Below, one piece after another: positions 35,626-48,245 of a DNA stretch of 64,000 nucleotides; the first letter of the stretch is position 1, and every line of letters begins with the position of its first letter. The DNA lies in assembly GCF_006345805.1 (NCBI RefSeq), contig NC_043010.1, positions 62,744,001-62,808,000 on the forward strand. The letters are read 5' to 3'. Both the position numbers and the translations under genes were made by a program. This stretch comes from Octopus sinensis (Eukaryota). Below the pieces are notes generated by a model that made no database searches, had not been told where the DNA came from, and saw nothing but the letters and a program-made list of their open reading frames with translations.

Positions 35626-36395
35626 AAGGTCCAAGTACCTTGCAAGACAAGACATCTGAATGGGAATGTAAGATGAATATGAAAGGGGACAGTTAGGGTA
35701 AAGAAGTGGAGAAGGTTGGACAGCATTAAGAAGCTGATGAAGGCCTGTAACGTGGTACGATGTGGTCAAGATGGCTTCTCTAAGACATGCAAGGATAGAA
35801 AAATAAGCAAAAGGAAGAAGAGGAGGAGACATATATAAAATATATACAACAGGAAATTCAGGTACAAACAGCAAATGGGTATTTTTTTTCTCTTTTTCAA
35901 ATTATTTATTTTTGCCATTAAAAAATAAAATAAAATAAAACCTAGCAGTCATTTCATATTGTCCAGTATCTAACCCCGACCCGACTCATGTCCATTGGCT
36001 CCACACACCCTTGCATTATCCATTGACTGCCCCCTTCACCCGAAATAATGGCGAGAAAGAGAAGAAGAAAAAAAAAAGACCCCCCCATCCTTATGTATAC
36101 ATAGTAATAATATAAAACTAGAGAAACAAAAGCCTGGTTGATTAAAAAAGAAAAAATAACAAAATCCAGTCTTTGTCATTCACAGCCCATCTGTGACCAG
36201 GCTAGAGCAGGTTTTTTTTAAGAGTGTGCAAGGACTGACCCCAGAAGTTGAGTTACATCCACGAGAAAGAGAGAGGGGGGGAAGGAAGGAGGGGATAGCA
36301 TTTAGCAGGGGGGGGGAATGAGAAGACTGTTTGCAATATGTTAATTAGTTTTTAGCGGATCAACACACCCTGGCCTTTTTATCCTCCTACACTGC

Positions 36396-36480
<85 letters not shown>

Positions 36481-36501
36481 ATAATATATATATATATATA
36501 C

Positions 36502-36532
<31 letters not shown>

Positions 36533-36850
36533 GATATATATATATATATATAATTGTATCCATTACTTATTTCAGTCAATAGACGTGGCCATGCAGGGGC
36601 ACCGCCTTAAACTATATCTGTCTCTGTATGTTTAGCAGAAGTGGTGAATTTTAGAACAGAACTTTTGTTTTCTCACAAAAGACATATTGACAAAATTAGC
36701 AAAGTTTTGTGAACCATGGAACTACCATTAGCCGCCCCCCCCCTCTTTCCCTCTCTCTCTCTCATCTCTCCTCCCCCAACATCTGATACCAAACCAACAT
36801 CAACAGAATTGACTGATGTAACAATGTTTTGGAAGCAGACACCTATTGCG

Positions 36851-37352
36851 GAGTCACACTGTATAAGAGTGGTGTATGAGAGTCACACTGTCAGAGTCAA
36901 GTATGAGAATCAAATTGTTGGAGTTGAATATGAGTCACACTGTTGGAGTGGAGTATGAGTCACTGTTGGAGTGGAGCATGAGAGTCACACTGTTGGAGTG
37001 GTGTATGAGCCACACTGTTGGAGTGGAGTATGAGCCACATTGTTGGAGTGGAGTATGAGAGTCACACTGTTGGAGTGGGGTATGAGAGTCACACAGTTGG
37101 AGTGGAGTATGAGAATCAGACTGTCGGAGTGGAGTATGTGAGTCATACTGTCAGAGTGGAGCATGAATCACACTGTCGGAGTGGAGTATGAGAGTCACAC
37201 TGTTGGAGTGGAGTATGAGTCACACTTGGAGTGGAGTATAAGAGTCACTCTGTTGGAGTGGAGTATGAGAGTCACATTGTCGGACTAGAGTATGAGAGTC
37301 ACACTGTCGGACTCGAGTATGAGGGTCACACTGTCAGAGTCACATTGTCAGA
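36851..37352. repeat. Minisatellite, ~25-29-bp unit GAGTCACACTGTTGGAGTGGAGTAT(GA), ~18 copies
   Basis: Direct reading of tandem units with +/-AG variants. Confidence 0.92.
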
Positions 37353-37813
37353 AAGGAATATGAGAGTCTAGTTTGTTGAGGTTGTAAATTCATAGCCTAT
37401 TGAAATGGTGCAAATCCATTTCAACATCTACAGTTTGCAGACAATGGGAACAGTTCAGAGAGTGTGCGTGCCGAGTAGGGGTGTGAGTGTGTGTGTAGAG
37501 GGCTGTTTATTTAAAGGGTTTGTGACAAAACCTTGTCACATTTCAATAATTAGGGTCTTATCGATTTTCTTTTTAATTCAACACAACGAACCATATTTAA
37601 TTTCTCCATTTTCCGTTTAAAATTGGAAAATTTTTATTCAATTTTTTTTTGTTTTTCAAATTTCATTTCCAAGTTTGTTGTTTTATATTTCAGTTTTTTA
37701 CAATTTTTCGTTTCTTTTTTTTTTTGTTTTGTTTATTTTTTTTGAAAATTTCCTCGGGTTTAAAATTTCATTGTTTTCTCTGTCTGTCTGTTTTTGTTTT
37801 TTTTTTTTAAATT

Positions 37814-38983
37814 TTATTTCGTCTGATAAAGCTGTGCTGCCGCTGGGGCAGAGACGGTGACGGCTCCTTGGTACATTTGAATGGTAGGGAAGATCTGCGT
37901 GGTCGCCGGCGATATCTGTATCGTGCTCGGAAAGATATGTGTGACAGGATTCATCTGGGTGTAGAGCGGGTAGACCTGGGTGCCGGCCGGGTAGGAGGCG
38001 GCTTGAGTGCTCGCTACCACGTTCGAGTTGAGGTGGTGACTAACGTTCACCCCTGAGTGCTGTGGTTGGCTCGAGATGTCGACAACCGAGGCACTTGCTT
38101 GTTGGCTAGCAACCACTGCATGCTGTGATGTATTGACACTGACAGCACAACTGGTATTCACCCCAGAGCTGTTAGCGGCAACGGTAGTGGGGCTAGTCTG
38201 TTTATCTTTGTTAGGTTTATTATTGGTATTTGAAGAACTACTACTACTACTACTACTGCTACTACTATTACTACTACTACTACCACCACCACCACCACCA
38301 CCAGTACTACTGCTGTTGATGTTACTGCTGCTGATTGGTGTTGGGGAGGCTTCTGTTGTGATTGATGTTGTTGTTGCCAGGGTAACATTATTACTTCCGT
38401 TGTTGTTGTTGTTGTTGTTGTTGCTGTTGTTGCGTAGCGGCACGCAGCTTATTTTGATGCCGTTCTTGTTCGGCCGATTGTGTTTGACGAGGTGGTCTTT
38501 CCGGGAGAAGGCGAACCCGCAGATCTGGCACCGGAACGGCCGCTCGCCCGTGTGGATCCTCTGGTGCACCTTCAGGTACGACCGGTGCACGAACGTCTTG
38601 CGGCAGATCTCGCAGCTGAACCGCTTCTCCAGCTGATGCGTGCCTCGGTGCCGTGCCAGGTGGTCGCTGCGATAGAAAGCGCAGCCGCAGATCTGACACT
38701 TGAAAGGGCGCTCACCGGTGTGGATCCGCTTGTGGAGCTTCAAGTGGTCCCTTCGCGACAGACACTTGCCGCAGATGTCGCACTTGTACTGCTTGTCGGA
38801 CGTCGCACCCCCCGGTGCCACCGACAGCGCCATGTTACCGTCCCCTGCTAAATTAGCCGCAGCCAGCACGACAGCTTGTTGATTACTGCTGCTGCTGTTG
38901 TGAAGAGTGTGACCATGGTGATGGTTGTGGTGATGGTGATTGTGGTGATGGTGGCCAATATGATTGCAACTGTTTCCCTCCAT
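37814..38983 (-). CDS. C2H2 zinc-finger protein, ~389 aa, 4 fingers, with poly-His, poly-Asn, poly-Gly/Ser tracts
   Basis: Fingers CDIC..H..H, CQIC, CEIC and CQIC (the last lacks the second His), with TGERP linkers. The track ORF starts at TTG 39022 inside a pyrimidine tract/AG acceptor (ttgtctttcctgtatgcgttag). The first ATG (MEGNSC) is at 38983. Confidence 0.92.
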   Translation of the reverse strand: MEGNSCNHIGHHHHNHHHHNHHHGHTLHNSSSSNQQAVVLAAANLAGDGNMALSVAPGGATSDKQYKCDICGKCLSRRDHLKLHKRIHTGERPFKCQICGCAFYRSDHLARHRGTHQLEKRFSCEICRKTFVHRSYLKVHQRIHTGERPFRCQICGFAFSRKDHLVKHNRPNKNGIKISCVPLRNNSNNNNNNNNGSNNVTLATTTSITTEASPTPISSSNINSSSTGGGGGGGSSSSNSSSSSSSSSSSSNTNNKPNKDKQTSPTTVAANSSGVNTSCAVSVNTSQHAVVASQQASASVVDISSQPQHSGVNVSHHLNSNVVASTQAASYPAGTQVYPLYTQMNPVTHIFPSTIQISPATTQIFPTIQMYQGAVTVSAPAAAQLYQTK

Positions 38984-40329
38984 CTCAACTCCTGATCTAT
39001 CTAACGCATACAGGAAAGACAACAGATGTAGTTGAGTCTAACGGCTGCACACAGCCATGTCAAGGTGTAATTCAAGAACAGACCCAGTTGTAATTAGTTA
39101 ACGATTCTTGGGAAACGACATCTTGTAAACATGGATGATGTCTTTTTTTACTTTAGTTTTGTCTTTAAACAACGAAGAACAAGAAAATGGTAGACAATAA
39201 TAAGACAATTTCCAATTCCTCTTCCCTTGTTGTTCGGATTTTAACATCCGAAATCCAACTCAAGAATTTTCACTGAACCAAGATATTTATAGATTATCTT
39301 AGGAAATGGCAGTTCAATGTCGGATTAAATTCTTGGAAAGTTATTTGCTTTTAATTACTGTTGTCCGTATGTTGTTGATCACCAGTATCAATAATGATGA
39401 TGATGTTAATGATAATCTGATAATTTAGTGATCTGTGATTAATGATTGAAGAATCGGGGTTTCTTAATCACTGTGGAGCATCTATAAATCGTCACGTGCC
39501 TCGGCGACACCAGAACACTCGTGGAATAAAAGTTGAACCACTTCAGACAATTCTGAATTCTTCAAGTATTGGAAAAAAATCAGTCAGTACAGTATCACCA
39601 TTCACAATATATATACATGTGTGTGTGTGTAGATTCAAGGGCAATACCTATGATAATCAAGTGAGTTGGACAAACCTGTATCTGATGGCACTATGTGAGA
39701 ATTCTTGGGGTCACAGAGTGAGACTGTCTTTCATGTAAAAATGTATGTATAGATGTGTATATATATGTCTGCATATAACATCTATAATTGTCTATATATA
39801 TATAGACACACAACACAATATGTCCTATAAATCAATATGTATATATGTATGTATAAAGATGTATGTGTCAGGAAGCAGGTGTAGATTCACAGTTTCTCTT
39901 CCTGAAGGGTCTCAACTAATCTGTAAGGAGGCTTTCCAACAGAAAAATCCTGAGGGAGGAAAAAAAAAACTCCTTTTCTCTCAAAGGGTAAAATGTAGGA
40001 TGTATATGTATATATATATATATACACATATAAAAACACCTTAATCCAAAGAGTCTATGCAGGGTGTATATGCGAATACAAAAATCTGTTTGGTTGTGAA
40101 GGAGCTCGGTGAAGTTTAAATATAAGTTTAGCTGTTTTCAATCTGAAATAGAAGAAAAGATGTTTGTAAAATCAAAATAAAGGAAAATAATTTTTTTTTA
40201 ATGTGGTTAACAAACACATCATCATCATCTAACATCTGCTCTCCATGCTGGCATGGGTTAGAGAATTTGACCAAAACTGTTGAGCTGGAGGGTCATACCA
40301 TGTTCCAGTCTGATTTGGTATGGTTTCTA

Positions 40330-40562
40330 AAGGCGGCGAGCTAGCAGAAGCGTTAGCACACTGGGCGAAATGCTTTGCGGTACTTCGTAGGCCGTTACGT
40401 TGTGAGTTCAAATTCCGCCGAGGTCGACTTTGCCTTTCATCCTTTCGGGGTCGATAAATTAAGTACCAGTTACGCACTGGGGTCGATGTAATCGACATAA
40501 TACCTATGTCTGTCCTTGTTTGTCCCCTCTATGTTTAGCCCCTTATGGGTAATAAAGAAATA
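40330..40562 (+). mobile_element. SINE family A, 13-bp TSD, nested in family C
   Basis: GGTATGGTTTCTA at 40317-40329 and 40563-40575. Confidence 0.9.
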
Positions 40563-41256
40563 GGTATGGTTTCTACAGCTGGATGCCCTTCCTAACACCA
40601 ACCACTCTGAGAGTGTAATGGGTGCTTTTACGTGTCACCGGCACAGGTGCCAGTTATGTGACAGTGGCATCGAATAATAAATGGAAAGCAGACTTTAAAT
40701 GATGATGATAATATTAATATATATATATTATTCATATACAGGGATGTTGTTGACAGTGACTCTGAAGTTTCAGCCAGCTAAGCCATTAGCGGACTGCGAT
40801 GCATTGGAGTTAGATAGGACTTTATATACAGTCTCTGTTCAGCTAACAACCATCTTTGGGTGTGACGGTCTGGGTGGGTGGTAATTTGGTTTTTATGGAG
40901 AGGGTGTTTTGGAAACACTTTTTTATTGATTAAATATGTGGTTTATTGCTTAGGATTTATTGATGCATGGAGAACTTTGTAAACAAGCCTGTAGGTGTTT
41001 CTCGCTCATTAGTTAGACACAAGCTGTGACATTATTTTTGTTGCTTTTGCTGGTATGGGATTTAATCATTTTTGCTTTGACAATATACAGGTCAACCTTA
41101 CAAGTGAAAACACGAAATACCTTAAATAACAACAACATACAAAAACAGGACCAACCTAAACTCACCACCTACCTTCATTCTTTTGTGAAAAAAAAAGTTA
41201 ACACACCCAATTACTAAGGGCTTAGATGCTGGACTTTGTACTTTTAGCCTGTATAT

Positions 41257-41449
41257 GTTAGTTAGTTAATTTTTTGGCTCAAACAGCAAAAAGCAAGGCC
41301 ATGTAGGGGGACATGGAGTTATGTACAGGGTAGTGTTCATGTAAAGAGTTCAGGCCACTTGTGGTCAAGGGAGACTTTGAACCGAGCGGTCGTCGGCATC
41401 TCCACTATCTCGTCCAGCAGCTTATTCCACGGATCCGCAACCCGGACGG
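41257..41449 (-). mobile_element. Second copy of the same CR1 3' end, opposite strand
   Basis: Reverse-complement match to ~34745-34940 (cttgaccacaagtggcctgaactcttt...ccccctacatgg...gagccaaaaaattaactaac). Confidence 0.85.
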
Positions 41450-41975
41450 TGTCAAATGCTGGATTCTGGTGATAAACATCTGTGGAAGGAGTACCACTCT
41501 TTGGGTCTCCATAATTAGTACATAAAACAGGGCCTTAAGTGTTGCAGGTTTCCCTTCCCATTTCATGCCAGTGGGGCTAAACCGAGGGGATGGTAGAATG
41601 CCAGACAATATGACAATTTTCCCATCCTGTGGCAGCAGAGCCCTCATCTGGGATGCCACGTGCTGTGTGACACGTTCTCCAGTGGAAACTTGTTGTCAGC
41701 TACGGGCCCAGGCTCTGCTGCTCATCAGGTTGAGAAAAACAAACTGTCATGATATCGGTTGCTCTCCAACAGGTTTATAGTTGAGCCTGTGGCAGTTGAG
41801 ACCTCTAGCATTCTTGGCCCTTGGACCATATTTCTGTCACTGCTATCAGGGCAGGGATTGCTGTCCACAAATGCCATCCCTGTGTGTCGGAGTGGCTGTT
41901 CCAGCACATCTCCTCTGCTATCCTCCTTTTCCATTTTATCTGCTGATGCCATGAGAAATGTTTTGATATTCTTTT
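41450..41975 (+). mobile_element. Decayed CRE-like non-LTR element, restriction-like endonuclease domain
   Basis: GLNRGDGRMPDNMTIFP..G.RALIWDATC, then PVAVETSSILGP in a shifted frame. This matches the RLE domain motif order (GL.RGDG.RPD..T..PW..G..L.WD.T; F.P.A.ET.G..G). Confidence 0.7.
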
Positions 41976-42592
41976 CCACTTTAGGCACAAGGCCTGAAAT
42001 TTTTTTTTGGGGGGGGGCGAAGTTGATTAGTACCAGTACGCAAGTGGTACTTAATTTACTGACCTTGAAAGGATAAAAGGCAGAGTCGACCTCACCGTAA
42101 TTTGAACTCAGAACATAAAGACACAAAATACCTATTTCTTTACTACCCACAAGGGGCTAAACACAGAGGACAAACAAGGACAGACAAATGGATTAAGTCG
42201 ATTATATCGACCCCAGTGCATAACTGGTACTTATTTAATCGACCCTGAAAGGAAGAAAGGCAACGTCGACCTCGACGGAATTTGAACTCAGAACGTAGCG
42301 GCAGACGAAATACTGCTAAGCATTTCGCCCGGTGTGCTAATGTTTCTGCCGGCTTGCTGCCCTTGAAGAAAAAAATATTCGTTTCTACTGTAGGCACAAG
42401 GTCTGAATTTTGTGGGAGGTGGCCAGTCAATTAGATCGACCTCAGTACATAACTGGTACTTAATTCATTGACCCCGAAAGGACAAAAGGCAAAGTCGACC
42501 TTGGCGGAATTTGAACTCAGAACGTAAAGACAGATGAAATACCACTAAGCATTTTGTACAGTGTGCTAATGTTTCTGCCAGCTTGCTACCTT
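41975..42592 (-). mobile_element. SINE family A cluster (dimer ~41975-42362 plus monomer ~42385-42592)
   Basis: Three bodies containing GGAATTTGAACTCAGAAC-type B-box reverse complements; two tail types. Confidence 0.8.
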
Positions 42593-43188
42593 AGAAATAA
42601 TTTGATATTGTGAGAGACAAGATTCTCCAAATTTACATAGATATACTGTCAATCCACTAATACAATTAAATGTGAATTTAGTAAATTACATAATTAGTAC
42701 TTAGCAACAGACAGAAGCAAGATGCCCAGTAATCACACAAAAACCCTAGTTGACATTAGAGTACCTCACTTATAGAAGGAAGCTGTGATAACAGTTAGCA
42801 CCTCACTCCCAGTGGTTCTATGTACTCTGGCACCAATCGGGGATATTTCTGTGTCCCTCTACTCACAGGGATTGTCATCACATGTTATTTAACCCATAGC
42901 TTAGACCCAGACAGATGTTACTCTTCAGAGTCAAAGTAGAGCTTTCAGAGGTGGTTCCATGCTCCTGAAAAGCGTAGAAATCATGATCCAGAGCTACACA
43001 CATGACAGGCTTCAACACAGTTTCCGTCTACGAAATCCGCTCACAAGGCTTCAGATAGTAAAGGGCAAGGTGCTCTGGAGTGGGGTTGAACCAGGAACTA
43101 CATGTACTGATGTGAAATTCTTAACCATACAGCCACGCCTAAACACACAGACACACACACACATATATATGTATGTATGTATATATAA

Positions 43189-43505
43189 AGGCACATGGCT
43201 TAGTGGTTAGGGTATGTGGCTCACAACTGGAAGGTCATGAGTTCAATTCCCAGCAGCTAGTTGTATCCTTGAGCAAGACGATTTATTTCACATTGCTCTA
43301 GTCCACTCAACTGGCAAAGACGAGTAGTACCTGTGTTTCAAAGGGGGCAGCCTTGTCACACTCTATGTCACACTGAATCTCCCCGAGAACTACGTTAAGG
43401 GTACATGTGTCTATGGAGTACTCAGTCACTTCCACATTAATTTCGCAAGCAAGCTGTCCCATTGATTGTATCAACTGGAATCCTCATCATCGTAACTGAT
43501 GGAAA
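43189..43505 (+). mobile_element. tRNA-derived SINE family E
   Basis: A-box TGGCTTAGTGGT, B-box GAGTTCAATTCC, then a TCCTTGAGCAAGAC CORE/Meta-like domain. A related 3' piece lies at ~58470-58600. Confidence 0.75.
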
Positions 43506-44379
43506 ACCAGGCCATGTAAAAAAATATATAAATCTGTGGATCTCCCAACTGTTTGACTAACCATCTTTACTAGAAAGAGCAACTGGATCAGGGTTGGCCT
43601 GGGGTTAAACAACAACAATAATGCTGGATAATGTTGGCCTATGCACATTGCACCTTAATAGATGTGATGGTCATAGCTAGAACACCTTGAGTCACAGTCT
43701 GCTGGGTCAGGGACAGCATAGGGGTCAACAACACTAGCATTAACACTGGACAATTTTCTGTCTTTTACTGGTTTCAGATACGAGATAGTGGCCATGCTGG
43801 AGCACTGCACTGAAAGGCTTGGCTGTACAAATCAACTCCAGTACATAGGTATATCTTTTTCTTTGAAGTCTGGTATTTATTCTATCAGTCCCCTCTTTGC
43901 TGAGCTGCTAAGTTATGGGGACCATAAAGAAACCAACACTGGCTGTCAAGCAGTGGTAGGAACAAACACAAAGACACACACACACACATATTCTTTGACT
44001 TGTTTCAGTCATTTGACTGCAGCCATGCTGGAGCACTGCCTCGAAGTGTTTTAGTCAAACAAATCAACCCAAGGACTTATTCTTTTTAAGTCTATGACAT
44101 ATTCTATTGATCTCTTTTGCCAAACTGCTAAGTTACGGGGGATGTAAACACACCAACACAGGTTGCCAAGCGGTGATGGGGGCAGGGAGGCAAAGACATA
44201 AAGCCACGCACACACAATAGGCTTGTTTGAGTTTCCGTCAACCAAAATCCACTCACAAAGCTTTGGTTGACTATAGTAACAGACACTTGCTTAAGGTGCC
44301 ATGCAGTGGGACAGAACCCAGAATACTGTGGTTGGGAAGCAAGCTTCTTACCACACAGCCATACCTATACATATATATA

Positions 44380-44416
<37 letters not shown>

Positions 44417-45501
44417 AACAGGCTTCCACATAATTTCTGGTTACCAAACTTACTCAAGGCATTGGTCAGCTCTGATCAAGAGCAGAGAATAATGAATCAA
44501 CTCTACTACATAGTGGTATTGTTACTGTTTAACCCCAGGCCAGCCTTGACTGAGCAATTCCTAAAACCAATAGGGTTCCAGTCATGACCAACCTGTCAGT
44601 TTATATATTAAGAACTGCACTGTCTAAATGTGTTTAAACTTCCTTTTCTTTTCTCTTTCCTTCTTTTTTTTTTCTTTTTCTAGATAGCAGGGTTTGATGG
44701 GAGAAAGATTTTGGCTGCTATTTCTAGCAGAGTGAATGATTAGGTGACACCAGGGAACGCACACGCACCAAGTGACTCTGTGGATCAGGATTGACCCAGG
44801 TGTTACTGACCATCCCCAAATGTAAGAAGAAGATCTGTTCCACATCAGGAATCTAGCAAAACAAATTCATAAACAATTGGGCTATGCAACAACAACAGCA
44901 ACAACAACAACAACCTGTGTGTCCTAGGACAGCTGGACCAGGACTGACCTAGGGTTATAAAACTTCAGTGAGTATTAAGGACATGGTGGGGGTGTGTGAA
45001 TCAGTTACTAAATAGTGGAAAGAGAGAGGGAGAGAGAGAAAGGATTGATAGAGAGAGTGACAGAGAGGTGCACTGAGTGACACATTAATTACCGCTGCCG
45101 CCACCACCACCACCGTCTTCTTACAAAGTGACAATCTAGAGAAGTTTGTTGATCACCAAACTGACCACTCTGACACAAATAAATACTGTTGGACCACTGG
45201 ACAGACAGAGAGAGAGGAGTGGCAATGGTGGAGAGGCTCTCCACATGGTTATTAATCGGGTAGAAATAACAACCAAGTCTTCCTCAAATCACAGCCTGCT
45301 ATTTTAGCCATTTTGGGGGAGAGGATAAGTCAATTACATCAACCCCCCCTCCCACCGTGCCCCCAGTGTTTCTACAGCTGGATGTCCTTCTTAACACCAA
45401 TCACTCCAAGAATGTAGTGGGTGCTCCTTACGTGCCACCAGCATGGATGCCATGGACGTGACAACAGCATCGTCCATCACTATAATCTCACTTGGCTTCA
45501 C

Positions 45502-45594
45502 AGGTCTACACAAGCAGGGTGTATCGCCAAAGGTCTACACGAGCAGGGTGTATCGCCAAAGGTCTACACGAGCAGGGTGTATCGCCAAAGGTCT
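45502..45594. repeat. Tandem repeat, ~3.2 x 29 bp (AGGTCTACACGAGCAGGGTGTATCGCCAA)
   Basis: One substitution in unit 1; otherwise identical. Confidence 0.95.
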
Positions 45595-46879
45595 CCGCAT
45601 TTATATTGTCTGCATTTTCCTTTCTGTTGTGTCTTTTTCCTTCACCAACAACAGACCTTAAAATGCAGGGTGAGGTGGACAAAGCCTAACTTAGCAATAT
45701 CATCATCATCGTTATTGCTTAACATCTGCTTTCCATGCTGGCATGGGTTGGATGGTTTGACCGAGGGCTGGCGAACCTGATGGCTGCATCAGGCTCCAAT
45801 CTGATCTAGTAATGTTTCTACAACTGGATGCCCTTCCTAATGCCAACCAGTCCGAGAGTGTAGTGGGTGCATTTTACGTTCCACTGGCGCAAGGGCCAAT
45901 CAGGGGGAGTAATGGCATTGGCCACATTTGTATAGTGCTTTTTGTGTGCCACTGGCACAGGGGGTACTGGCATTGGCCACATTTGGATAGTGCTTTTTAC
46001 ATGCCACTAGCACAGGGGCCAGTGAGGGAGTACTAGATTTGATCACGTTCGGATAGTGCTTTTTATGTATCGCTGGTACGGAGGTCAGTCAGGTGGACCT
46101 GGCACCGACCACGCTTGGTTGGTGCTTTTTACATGCCACTGGCATAGGAGCCAGTCAGATAGTACTGGCATCAGCCATGTTCTGATGGTGCTTTTTATAT
46201 TTTACATGCCACCGAATGAAGCTCTTATACAGTTTCACTAAATATATGAATGTAAAAAAAACCATTATCAAAGTAAGAAAAATAGATAAGTTTGGTCTGC
46301 CACCAATTTTTAAAAAAGTAAGACTACAAGGGTCCACCACAAAACTCCACTTGCCTACAACACCACTGGCTGAGTAGCCTTAAGTGGTAGCGAACACTTG
46401 CTATTAGATGAGGCTACAGGATTCAGTGGATTCCATTGTTTGTCCAAACTCATCAAGTGTATTGTTAGGAAGCCTTGTGAGAGAAACCAAACGGATGGAA
46501 ATTGTGTGTACTTCAAAGTTCCAGCCTTGTCCCACACTGTGATCGTACAAGCATATGTGGGATACTCAACCATTTCACACAAATTCAATAAGCAATTAGC
46601 TTACTTAAAAATAAAAATGTATTTATATAAACTCCCTGTCAACTGAACTGCATTCCAAGCTGGCTGCAAATCCCTTACCTCTTATTTTTTTTTCTCTCTC
46701 CCAAATTTTTTCTTCCTTAATCCGTTTAATATTCTCTCTTCTTATGATGGAGGACTAATGTCCGAAATATTAAGATCCCCCTCCCTGCCATTTAAGCATT
46801 AAGCCAATACAGTGTTTTATTTAATTTGTCCATCCTGTGGTGTCTTTCACCTTTCTTTTATTGCTCACTGCATCCACTA

Positions 46880-47285
46880 CATATATACATACATGGAGAT
46901 TGTCTACTCCTTATGCAGAGTTTGACCACCTCCTGACCTCCTGTACCTACACCTTAGCACCATCATGGCATCTGATGTGGCTTTTTACACTTGACAATAT
47001 TTTGAAAAGATACCCACATAGATTGCACCTTCGATTTGGACTACCAAGAGCTGCAGATAAGTCCTGATCTTTGTGGATCTTAAAATATCTTTTCAGGCCT
47101 CCGTTAGAGTTGCAAACTTTCTGTGCACACCTTTGAATGCAATCATTCAAAGGTGTGCACAGGCAAATAGGCAGAATAGTTGGTGAAGGTTCGTTTTCCA
47201 TGGGTTCAGAAATGAGATTTGAGCCCAGCAAAAGAAAGGCATGGTCTGTCACAGACTGCGCACACAAAAAGGTCATTGTCATTCA
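46880..47285 (-). mobile_element. Probable RTE ORF2 C-terminal zinc-finger remnant (or ZNF pseudogene fragment)
   Basis: CAQKVCNSNGGLKRYFKIH and CNLCGYLFKILSSVKSHIRCH. The S..GL..H.. pattern is typical of RTE C-termini, and there is no TGEKP linker. Confidence 0.45.
47121..47162. repeat. Perfect 19-bp inverted repeat with a 4-nt loop
   Basis: CTGTGCACACCTTTGAATG-caat-CATTCAAAGGTGTGCACAG. Confidence 0.95.
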
Positions 47286-47788
47286 CCTTCTCAATTATAA
47301 CGGACAAACAGACAGATATGTTAATATTTGTTTTTATATTCCATTGTAAAAAAAACAATTTTACATTAATCTGATGGGTCTCTCACATTATTTTATATAT
47401 ATATATATATCATCAGTGTTTAACATCCGTTTTTCCATGCTAGCATGGGTTGGATGGTTCTTTTACTTGTTTCAGTCATTTGACTGCAGCCATGCTAGAG
47501 ATATATTTTATTCGTTTACTCATTTCAGTAATGTGATTGTGGCCATGCTGGAGCACCACCTTATGGGGCTTTCAGTTGAAGAAATTGACCCCAGGATCTA
47601 TTCTTTGTAAGCCTAGGACTTATTCAGTCAGCCTCTTTTGTTAAACTGCTAGGTTATGGGAACATAAACACACCAAAATCGGTTGCCAACTATAAATATA
47701 TAGTTAAGATGTACAGAAAACAAAAGACAAAGGCAGGTGAGGGAACAAGCAGGTGTATTAGTTCGACACTCAAGAAGAATGGAAAAGT

Positions 47789-47824
47789 CTTCGACATTTT
47801 GAGCCTATGCTCTTTGACAGAAAG
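47789..47824 (-). ncRNA. Second, CpG-decayed copy of the hammerhead-like motif (repeat ~47710-47860)
   Basis: Minus strand: CTTT CTGTCAA A GAG catagg CTC AAAA TGTC GAAG; flanks homologous to 275-430. Confidence 0.4.
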
Positions 47825-47884
47825 GATAAAGAGGAGAACATGGAGAGAGAAAGAAAAAAAGAAATATATATATATATATATACA

Positions 47885-48245
47885 TAGGCACAGGAGTGAC
47901 TGTGTGGTAAGAAGCTTGCTTCCCAACCACGTGGTTCAAGGATCAGTCCCACTGCATGGTACCTTGGGCAAGTGTCTTCTACTATAGCCTTGAGTAGCTT
48001 TGGTAGACGGAAACTGAAAGAAGCCCGTCGTGTATGTATATGTATACATGCTTATGTGTGTTTGTTCCCCCACCATCACTTGATGTTGTTGTGTTTATGA
48101 CCCCGTAACTTAGCGGTTCGGCAAAAGAAACCGATAGAATAAGTACTAGGCTTACAAAGAATAAGTCCTGGGATAGATTTGTTCGACTAAAGGCGGTGCT
48201 CCAGCATGGCTGTAGTCAAATGACTGAAACAAGTAAAAGAATTAA
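47885..48245 (+). mobile_element. SINE family B
   Basis: Same head, CORE-like domain and tail. Confidence 0.85.

Noticed and set aside
36716-37058. YESHTVGVE repeats as degenerate zinc-finger linkers
   Set aside because: Unit lengths of 25-29 bp break the frame, and there are no Cys pairs.
38984-39022. TTG-initiated N-terminal extension [13 protein letters not shown]
   Set aside because: It overlaps a polypyrimidine tract and AG acceptors; the ATG at 38983 is more plausible.
47121-47162. Pre-miRNA
   Set aside because: Only 42 nt with a 4-nt loop and no extended lower stem in the flanks.
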